Positions 57,082 to 64,000 of a stretch of DNA of 64,000 nt are shown in pieces. The position numbers and the translations under genes are program-made. Under the pieces are notes generated by a model. The model had not been told where the DNA came from and ran no database searches. It was given only the letters and a program-made list of their open reading frames with translations. This DNA comes from a virus (Duplodnaviria; Heunggongvirae; Uroviricota; Caudoviricetes), in IMG/VR virus record IMGVR_UViG_3300028602_000005, positions 18,137 to 82,136 of that record. One strand, given 5' to 3'. Each line of letters begins with the position of its first letter. Positions within the stretch are counted from its first letter, which is position 1.

Positions 57082-58383
57082 TTAATCTTTTGGATCTTTA
57101 ATTACAATATTTTCTTTTAAAAGTCTTTTATTGTAAAAGTTAAGAATATCCCAAAGTTTTTCAAATTTAAAATCACACTTTGCTGTTCTTATTATATACA
57201 TTCTTTGTCCTTCAGTAAGAGAGTCCCAATATTTTTCATAATCAAAATTTGGATTTGAAATGCAAAGATTAAAATCTACTTCATCTTTATAGTCTTCAAT
57301 ATTGAAGTTCTCATTATATATGGATATTAATTGTTTTTCATAGCATGTTAATTCATTCCAATATTTTTTAAAGTTAAAGAAAGATAAACTACAAACCATA
57401 TCTCTCAAAAAGTTACTCATTCCATACCAATATTTATCAAAATTAAAATTTTTTTCTTGCATGTGAATTAGTTTTATTTTTTCAGTATCATTCATTATAT
57501 CCCAATATTCTTCACAACTAACATTATTTTTTAATAAAAATTTCATTCTAAAACTATCATTTGTTTGCCATTCTTTATCTTCAAGAGTCATAAAGTTATT
57601 ATTTTTTATAACGAAACATTTTTCTTTTGTAGTTAATTCTTCCCAAAAATCTTTAAAAGGAAAGTCTTCTCTTTTAATTGCTAAATTTTTTAAATATGGA
57701 CATAAATCATTCCAATATTTTTTAAAATTGAAATTTTTATTATTAAGTATTATAAATGATTTTTGACTTTCATTTAATGTAGTCCAATAATCTTCATAAT
57801 TAAAATATTTAAAATATACGAAATATCCTGGATCAGCATTAAAGTTTTGAATAATCCTTTTGAAATTCAATCCTTCTAAATGATAGTAATTTGATAACTC
57901 ACTTGATGTAAGTTTATTAAAATTTTTATTTACAAAATCTGCATTTACATACCTTGATAAAAATCGATTTACAAAACATGGTTCATTTTTTGTAATATAA
58001 TCTTTTAAATATTCTATATATTTGGTTAAATCAATTTTTTCTGATGTTAAAAAGAATTTCTTACATCGAGCTTTATTATCTCTAAAAATAATTTTATTGT
58101 TTTCTATTGGAATATAACATTTGAAAATATTAACTTCTTTTTCTATAGATGAAACTGAAAAATATTTTATAATAAATCTCATTGCCTCTTTTTCTTCTAA
58201 AAATACATTTAAACCAAATGAACATTCAATATCTGAATCATCTACATCAATAGCCCCATACCAATGACCAAAATCATATCTAAAATTTTTCATATAATTA
58301 AGTCCGTCTTCATATAAAGCTTTATATCCTATATAACATTTTTTATCTTGAAATATTACTTCTTCCATTTTATTTCCTTTCAA
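57082..58383 (-). CDS. Tandem-repeat protein, paralogue A (about 27-aa W-containing repeats: NFxF-K-(K/E)-YW..L(S/T)..EK..I...N)
   Basis: At least six repeats, for example NFNFKKYWNDLCPYLKNLAIKREDF, FPFKDFWEELTTKEKCFVIKNNNF, NFNFDKYWYGMSNF, FNFKKYWNELTCYEKQLISIYNENF. The N-terminal domain is shared with 59080-60468. Confidence 0.6.
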   Translation of the reverse strand: MKGNKMEEVIFQDKKCYIGYKALYEDGLNYMKNFRYDFGHWYGAIDVDDSDIECSFGLNVFLEEKEAMRFIIKYFSVSSIEKEVNIFKCYIPIENNKIIFRDNKARCKKFFLTSEKIDLTKYIEYLKDYITKNEPCFVNRFLSRYVNADFVNKNFNKLTSSELSNYYHLEGLNFKRIIQNFNADPGYFVYFKYFNYEDYWTTLNESQKSFIILNNKNFNFKKYWNDLCPYLKNLAIKREDFPFKDFWEELTTKEKCFVIKNNNFMTLEDKEWQTNDSFRMKFLLKNNVSCEEYWDIMNDTEKIKLIHMQEKNFNFDKYWYGMSNFLRDMVCSLSFFNFKKYWNELTCYEKQLISIYNENFNIEDYKDEVDFNLCISNPNFDYEKYWDSLTEGQRMYIIRTAKCDFKFEKLWDILNFYNKRLLKENIVIKDPKD

Positions 58384-58438
58384 AGTAAAAAATAGATGAT
58401 GAGTTTTTAATAACCCACCATCTATTTTATATAATTTT

Positions 58439-58852
58439 TTAAACTTCTATAATTCGATAACAATAAACCATTTCAATATTTGGTTCATCATATAAGTATT
58501 CACATTGAGATTCTTGAACTCCTATATATGGACCCCATTTATGCCATCTCCATCCGCCCTCTGGAGATTGATTTTCTTTTTTTATGGGAGTAATAGAAAC
58601 TACAAAATTTCTATTTTTATTTTGTAATTCTGGACATTGGTCTATGATTTGTTCATAATTATCACAAACTCCATAACAATTAAAATCTCCCAAGTCTGGA
58701 TAAGTATCTATTGAGCTAATCATATGCTCAAGAGAAAAATGACCTATTTCATAAACTCCTTTTGTAATTCTTTTCACTCCTTCTGGATTTTTGTTTAGTT
58801 TCGCTATAATTTCCCCTATAGGATGAGAAAAAAATTTTACATCTACAAGCAT
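58439..58852 (-). CDS. Hypothetical protein
   Basis: 137 aa, W/C-containing (GGWRWHKWGPYIG). Confidence 0.45.
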   Translation of the reverse strand: MLVDVKFFSHPIGEIIAKLNKNPEGVKRITKGVYEIGHFSLEHMISSIDTYPDLGDFNCYGVCDNYEQIIDQCPELQNKNRNFVVSITPIKKENQSPEGGWRWHKWGPYIGVQESQCEYLYDEPNIEMVYCYRIIEV

Positions 58853-58865
58853 TTAAATTTCCTTT

Positions 58866-59054
58866 CTAAAATTTATCTCTAATTTCTAAAAGTTTAAATA
58901 GAATATCATTAAAATCTTTAATTTTTTCCTTTGGGTATTCAGCAATACCTGGAGCAGTTTTAGTAATGATAACATCACTTAAACATTCAATAGCTAATTG
59001 AATGTACTCCTTTGTGTTTTCTAATTTCCTATCAGCTTCTGTTTCATAAGACAT
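58866..59054 (-). CDS. Small hypothetical protein
   Basis: 62-aa ORF, tightly packed between its neighbours. Confidence 0.35.
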   Translation of the reverse strand: MSYETEADRKLENTKEYIQLAIECLSDVIITKTAPGIAEYPKEKIKDFNDILFKLLEIRDKF

Positions 59055-59079
59055 AGTAATATCTACTCCTTTTATTATT

Positions 59080-60468
59080 TTATAAAAGATCTTTTAAATT
59101 ATCACCTTCGATAACAGTCTTTCTATCTAGTGTAGATTTGGTTTTTTCAGTTAAATATTTATAATATTTTTTGAAATTAAAATCTTTTCTATTTAATGCA
59201 ATTCTATTTTGTTCTGATTGATCCAATTCAATCCAATATTTTTTATAATTAAAGGTTTTACAATTTATTATTGAACTTCTTCTATACATAGACTCTAATT
59301 TATATAAATCTAAATTTGGATCGAGAATAAAATTTTCGTTAAATTCACAAATTATAGATTTTTCATCTTTATTAAGTTTATCCCAATATTTGATAAAATC
59401 AAAGGTAATAAAATTACGTAAAACTAAGGATTTTTCTTCAACAGTCAATTGATTCCATAATAGATCAATAATATCTTGATTTTTTTCTCTTGAAATATAG
59501 CGTTTTCTAACTGAAACATTTAATAATTCAAAATATTCATAATAATTTTCCAAATCGGTTCTATTATTAAGATAAATATCTTTTAATCTCCAATTTAAAT
59601 CATTATATTTAACCCTTTTATTATACTTTGCAATTGTAATTTTTTCTTCTTCTGTTAATTTTTTCCAATGTTTTTTGAAATCGAAATTTAATACTTTATA
59701 ACATACAACATATCTTTCATAAAAGGATAGATCTAGCCAATATTCACCAAAATCAAAATCTTCATTAAAAATTAAAAAATTAGATATTAGACTATCATCT
59801 CTAATTATTTCTTTTATAAATTTTCCAGATTTAAAGTATTTACTTCTGAATAGATAATTCTTCTGTTTTATTGTTAACCTATTCCAATTTAATTCATAAT
59901 CAAAATTTTTATTTAATAAAAAATCAAGATTATCAATTTTATGAATATTTTTATTTTCTGAATTTGTATAATAAAAACTTTCTAACTCACCTCTTATACA
60001 TTTCCCACTTTTTATGTCTTTACCTAATTGTTTAATTAATTTTTTCAAACTTATTTCTTTTTGAATATACATATATTTAGTTCTAAATTTATTATCATCT
60101 GTAAAAACAAAACAATTTTCTTTTATATCTGGACAAATACATTTAAATATTTTTATTTTTTTATAGAAACAGGATATTGCAAAATTAAAAGCAGAATCAA
60201 AATCTTTGAAAAGATTAATTCCATATGAACATGAAATATCTCTTCTTAAATCAACATCTAAAGATCCAAACCATTTTCCTTTCGAATATTTAAAATTTTT
60301 CTTGTAATTTGTCATATCTTCGTTTAAAACTTTGTACCCTACAAAACAACTCATTTTTTTAAAAAAAACATTTTCAGTATTTCCAACATTACCTATTATC
60401 ATCATTCTAACATTCCTTTCTATTAAAAAAATAATTAATAATTTATTATTTATAATGTTTTCATTCAT
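59080..60468 (-). CDS. Tandem-repeat protein, paralogue B
   Basis: Shares its N-terminal domain with paralogue A (CFVGYKVLNEDMTNYKKNFKYSKGKWFGSLDVD against CYIGYKALYEDGLNYMKNFRYDFGHWYGAIDVD). Repeats include NFDYELNWNRLTIKQKNYLF and FDFKKHWKKLTEEEKITIAKYN. Confidence 0.6.
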   Translation of the reverse strand: MNENIINNKLLIIFLIERNVRMMIIGNVGNTENVFFKKMSCFVGYKVLNEDMTNYKKNFKYSKGKWFGSLDVDLRRDISCSYGINLFKDFDSAFNFAISCFYKKIKIFKCICPDIKENCFVFTDDNKFRTKYMYIQKEISLKKLIKQLGKDIKSGKCIRGELESFYYTNSENKNIHKIDNLDFLLNKNFDYELNWNRLTIKQKNYLFRSKYFKSGKFIKEIIRDDSLISNFLIFNEDFDFGEYWLDLSFYERYVVCYKVLNFDFKKHWKKLTEEEKITIAKYNKRVKYNDLNWRLKDIYLNNRTDLENYYEYFELLNVSVRKRYISREKNQDIIDLLWNQLTVEEKSLVLRNFITFDFIKYWDKLNKDEKSIICEFNENFILDPNLDLYKLESMYRRSSIINCKTFNYKKYWIELDQSEQNRIALNRKDFNFKKYYKYLTEKTKSTLDRKTVIEGDNLKDLL

Positions 60469-60480
60469 TAATATATATAA
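60468..60480. promoter_or_regulatory. Motif 1 copy (TTAATATATATAA) abutting the - gene start codon
   Basis: The motif-2 copy cTTAGAACAAAAT at 60508-60520 lies 38 nt before the ATG at 60558. Confidence 0.45.
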
Positions 60481-60557
60481 TAAAAGATTTTTAAATTTAT
60501 TCTTTTACCAAAATTTCTTAGAACAAAATATAAAATATATATTTTTTCGAAAGGTTT

Positions 60558-60956
60558 ATGAGAATGATTACTATTGATTTGAAAAAAGAAAATGAAATGG
60601 AATATGACATAACAGAAAATTTGATAGTTCTAAGAGCTTTCTTTATAATTCAACCTGAAGATATAGATTATTCATTTATATTTCAAGGAATGGTTGATAA
60701 TGTAAATAAAAAAATTAAATTTAGGATTCCTAAGTTAGAAGATAAGATAAAAAACGGAAAAGGTTTATCTTATTTAGAAATTCATGATGATAAATATAAA
60801 CTTTTATACAATTGTAGGGAAGAAATATTATTAAAGTCTGAAATGAATGTTGATCCAAAATTTGAAAAAAATCAAAATCTTTTTGACTTTACTAAATTAT
60901 CATCAAAAACTAATACAATTACTTTAGTTGGAAAAAATATTTTAACAAAATCATAG
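60558..60956 (+). CDS. Hypothetical protein
   Basis: 132-aa ORF. Confidence 0.45.
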   Translation: MRMITIDLKKENEMEYDITENLIVLRAFFIIQPEDIDYSFIFQGMVDNVNKKIKFRIPKLEDKIKNGKGLSYLEIHDDKYKLLYNCREEILLKSEMNVDPKFEKNQNLFDFTKLSSKTNTITLVGKNILTKS

Positions 60957-61045
60957 TTTCTCCTTATACAATTTTCCAAATTTAATTTGGATTTATTTAA
61001 ATAAAATTAAATATAAAAAATACGTAAAAAGTATGGAGAGAAACA

Positions 61046-61336
61046 GTGATGTTTACAAACAGATTTGTACAAAATCTATTAAACAAAATTCTTTCAGAAG
61101 ACTCATCAGAAGTAATATCGGAATTAAAGCTTCTTATTGAACATCTAGAAAATAAGAACGATCCAGATCCAGAAGAAATTATCTTAGTAAATACCTTATA
61201 TCAATTTTTAGAAAAGAACAATATATTGAAAGCGCAATTAAAGCAATATATTAGAGAATCTAATAAAAGTTCTATTGGATCTAAATTAGATGATTTTTAT
61301 CAAAAAATTGAAATTAAAAAAACATTTGAATTTTAA
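61046..61336 (+). CDS. Hypothetical protein
   Basis: 96-aa ORF; GGAGAG RBS. Confidence 0.45.
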   Translation: MMFTNRFVQNLLNKILSEDSSEVISELKLLIEHLENKNDPDPEEIILVNTLYQFLEKNNILKAQLKQYIRESNKSSIGSKLDDFYQKIEIKKTFEF

Positions 61337-61347
61337 AAGAGAAAATT

Positions 61348-61695
61348 ATGAAATTAATAGATAAATATTTATTATTTCTTACACATGAAAATGCATATTT
61401 TAATTTTAATGATGATAGATATGAAATTTACGCTAAATTGAAAAGTAGACTTAAGAAATGTAATATTACTAAAGATAATTTACCTATGAGTGAAATAAAA
61501 ATGTTAAAATGTAGAATATTGGCTCTTGGAAATTCAATTAAAAATTTTGAAAAATCTAAAAATAAATGTAAATATGAAAAAAATCCAGAGAAATGTGAAA
61601 ATAGATATGATTCTGCTCAAACATCACTGAGGAAAAAAATAGATTTTTACACTGAACGTATTAAAATTGTTAGAAGAAAAAATAAATTATTTTAA
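61348..61695 (+). CDS. Hypothetical protein
   Basis: 115 aa with C...C pairs. Confidence 0.45.
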   Translation: MKLIDKYLLFLTHENAYFNFNDDRYEIYAKLKSRLKKCNITKDNLPMSEIKMLKCRILALGNSIKNFEKSKNKCKYEKNPEKCENRYDSAQTSLRKKIDFYTERIKIVRRKNKLF

Positions 61696-61721
61696 TTTAG
61701 TTATTTAGGAGATATAAAAGT

Positions 61722-62207
61722 ATGGTAGAAAAAGATAATAAAAATATTACCACACTTAGAATAAATGATTTTAAAATGTTAATGGATGCATATAAAAATA
61801 ACGTAGCAATGTCAACTACGGTTTTCCAACAACAAAAAAATATTACTGAACATCAAAATTTAATAATAGAAAAACAAAGAAGAATATGTGAAGATTTAGA
61901 AAGAATTATTGAAAAATTAGATAATCATTCTTTAGATAGGGTTAATAGATGTAATGATATTTTAAATTTAATAAGAGATGTGAAAAATGAATTAAATAAT
62001 ACTCATATAGAAATAAAAAATAATCAAACTGATATAAGAACAAAACAAGAAGGATATTATTATTCAATAAAAAATAAAATAATTTTAATGACGGTTGCTC
62101 TTTCTACTGTTTTTCTCTCTCTACTGTCTTTCGTTTATGTAGTATTTAGTAAATTTGAAATTTTAAATAATATATCCGATAAATTCAATAAACTAATTGG
62201 GGGATAG
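61722..62207 (+). CDS. Coiled-coil protein with a C-terminal TM helix
   Basis: TM segment LMTVALSTVFLSLLSFVYVVF; AGGAGA RBS. Confidence 0.45.
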   Translation: MVEKDNKNITTLRINDFKMLMDAYKNNVAMSTTVFQQQKNITEHQNLIIEKQRRICEDLERIIEKLDNHSLDRVNRCNDILNLIRDVKNELNNTHIEIKNNQTDIRTKQEGYYYSIKNKIILMTVALSTVFLSLLSFVYVVFSKFEILNNISDKFNKLIGG

Positions 62208-62213
62208 TAATAC

Positions 62214-63080
62214 ATGAGAAAGTTAAAAGTAACTATTTTAAGTGATAAAGATGATCATGTAGATTTTTTAACCGAAGTAATTAAAAATGAAAATGATCTT
62301 TTTTACTGTTTGAATCCAGATTTAACAAGACTTAAGATAGAAGAAAATATTACCTTTCCTAATATCATAATTGTAGATTATGATTTAATATTTAATGATA
62401 ATATTTTGAAAAGTCTTGAAAATTTAAATATTCCTATTCTAATTTTAATGAATAAATGTTTCCATCAAATAACTGATTTTGAATTAGATATTTTAAAAAA
62501 TGTTAAAATATTTGATTTTGCAAAGTTTCCTTTAAATGAAAGATTAATGCTTAGTAAAATAAAACTTTTTTTAAATATTTATGAATCTAATAGAAAGAAT
62601 ATAATGGAAAAGAATGATTTAATAAAAAATATTTGGAATATGATAAATTATTGTAATTTGTATTTTGTAATGTTTGATAAAGATATGACTATTAAATTAT
62701 GTAATCACCATCTTTCAAAATCTTTAGGAATTGATGATGAATATTCATTAATCAATAAAAACTTTCTTAATTTTGTATCAGTTGAAGATACATTTAAAGT
62801 TAAAAGTTTATATTATGATATGTTAACGAATAAGAAACCATATGCTGAATTTTTATTTAACATAAATACGACAAATTCTATAGAAGAAGTTATGTGGTTT
62901 AATTGTTATGTAAACACTGATGTTAATTTAATTTCAAGTATAGGAATTCCTAAATCATCTAAAACAATTGATGATAATATAGATTCATTAAGGTCTTATT
63001 ATCAAGAAGTAATAACTCAAGATAGAATTATGATAAATGCCTTAAAGGATATGGTTAATGAAAATAAAAATAAGTTTTAA
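62214..63080 (+). CDS. Receiver (CheY-like) domain plus PAS-like domain protein
   Basis: N-terminus: KVTILSDKDD...NIIIVDYDL...IPILILMNK follows the REC pattern (acidic pair, phospho-acceptor Asp, hydrophobic beta5). The middle region has PAS-like alternation (LYFVMFDKDMTIKLCNHHLSKSLGI...FVSVED). Confidence 0.4.
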   Translation: MRKLKVTILSDKDDHVDFLTEVIKNENDLFYCLNPDLTRLKIEENITFPNIIIVDYDLIFNDNILKSLENLNIPILILMNKCFHQITDFELDILKNVKIFDFAKFPLNERLMLSKIKLFLNIYESNRKNIMEKNDLIKNIWNMINYCNLYFVMFDKDMTIKLCNHHLSKSLGIDDEYSLINKNFLNFVSVEDTFKVKSLYYDMLTNKKPYAEFLFNINTTNSIEEVMWFNCYVNTDVNLISSIGIPKSSKTIDDNIDSLRSYYQEVITQDRIMINALKDMVNENKNKF

Positions 63081-63096
63081 GGAGAATTAAAATATA

Positions 63097-63591
63097 ATGG
63101 AAGCAACAGTTTTAAATTGTATAGCTACTGAATCTTATCCAAGATTAACTTTAATAGAATATTCATATGAAGCTGGAATAGGAGGAGGAATAGGATTTCC
63201 AGAATTTTTAGAATTACCTATAATGGGTGCTTCAGAATGGAGCATGTCTGGTCCAAGAAAACAACAGGCTACTACTTATAATGGTGGTGGATATATTATT
63301 GAATTGAAGTCTTTTTCTATTTCATGTTTATCAACTAATTATAATATTTCATTATTTAATAAAAGTGGGGCATATGCTTCATTAAATGATTCCATTTATG
63401 AAATATTAAATTATACTGGTATAAATAAAGCTCATTCAGATAATGATTTAGGTTATATGGCTATAGCGAACAGAGATGACACAATGACTAATAAATTATA
63501 TCTACATTTAATAAATTATGCCGAAGGTGAAACTGGTCCTATTTATATATCTTTAAATTATTTTATTTTACAAAATAGATTACAATCTTAA
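63097..63591 (+). CDS. Hypothetical protein
   Basis: 164 aa; AAGGAGA RBS. Confidence 0.45.
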   Translation: MEATVLNCIATESYPRLTLIEYSYEAGIGGGIGFPEFLELPIMGASEWSMSGPRKQQATTYNGGGYIIELKSFSISCLSTNYNISLFNKSGAYASLNDSIYEILNYTGINKAHSDNDLGYMAIANRDDTMTNKLYLHLINYAEGETGPIYISLNYFILQNRLQS

Positions 63592-63623
63592 TAAAATCCA
63601 ATTCGTAGTATTGGAGTATTTTA

Positions 63624-64000
63624 ATGGCATATAGAGTTAAACCTGTAGATTCTGAACTCCTTGAATTAATTGAAAGATTTAGGAGATATGATTGGCAGGA
63701 TAGTGTTAAAAGTAAAGATGTTTCTTCACCACCGGAACATCCAATTGATTTAGATAGATATATAGTTTCAGTTGGATCAACTGGTGATTGGTCTGGTCAA
63801 GATAATAAAATAGTTGAATATTTTCTTGAAAGATGGAATTTTGTAACTCCAAATGATGGTTTTGCTACAACAGTTGAAGATGAAGAAACTTTGTATGTTT
63901 ATAGAGGAATATATCCCGATGGAAATTGGGAGGTTATGGGAGATAGTGCTTTTGGTCTTCCTGAAGGTGGAGAAGAAGGAGATATTCTCTCTAAAAATAG
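63624..64000 (+). CDS. Hypothetical protein, 3'-partial (runs off the window)
   Basis: ATG at 63624 preceded by GGAG. Frame open to the window end (MAYRVKPVDSELLELIERFRRYDWQDS...). Confidence 0.4.
   Translation, partial: MAYRVKPVDSELLELIERFRRYDWQDSVKSKDVSSPPEHPIDLDRYIVSVGSTGDWSGQDNKIVEYFLERWNFVTPNDGFATTVEDEETLYVYRGIYPDGNWEVMGDSAFGLPEGGEEGDILSKN

Overview
AT-rich (roughly 25-30% GC by eye) double-stranded DNA phage segment, read from sequence only. A T4-like head morphogenesis module sits on the + strand in T4 gene order: portal (gp20-like, 19097-21034), prohead-core protein, prohead protease (gp21-like), two K/E-rich scaffold proteins, and a gp23-like major capsid protein (23282-24733). The capsid gene has visibly higher GC and biased codons and is followed by three tandem hairpin terminators. 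Upstream is a replication and modification module: a family-B DNA polymerase with an N-terminal family-4 UDG-like domain, QueE (7-deazaguanine pathway), a TGT-fold DpdA-like protein, and a DnaB-like helicase. Phage homologues of ribosomal protein bS21 and GroES are interleaved with these genes. A minus-strand accessory island spans about 25-41.6 kb. It carries a TerY-P-like triad (vWA protein, PP2C phosphatase, Ser/Thr kinase), an SPFH protein, a nicotinamidase plus a nicotinate/nicotinamide phosphoribosyltransferase (an NAD salvage pair), an RNase Z-like metallo-beta-lactamase-fold protein, a CCA-adding enzyme, a dCMP-deaminase-family protein, a truncated tRNA-like element, and two ORF-free hairpin-rich regions that may be ncRNAs. 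Downstream lie a tail-fibre region with an 805-aa collagen-like (Gly-X-Y) protein, and a glycan-biosynthesis locus of about 9.5 kb: UDP-xylose synthase, a 1067-aa four-domain glycosyltransferase/methyltransferase, GT4, GT2 and GT9-like enzymes, and a DUF2419/Qng1-like candidate. Further features are a frameshift-split NUMOD3/DUF559 homing-endonuclease-like gene, two paralogous tandem-repeat proteins, and three DnaJ-type CxxCxGxG zinc-finger proteins. Two conserved upstream elements recur throughout: TTAATATATATAG (9 copies) and cTTAGAACAaAA (12 intergenic copies), the latter 40-70 nt before + strand start codons. No database searches were possible; every functional call rests on motifs I recognise in the translations.
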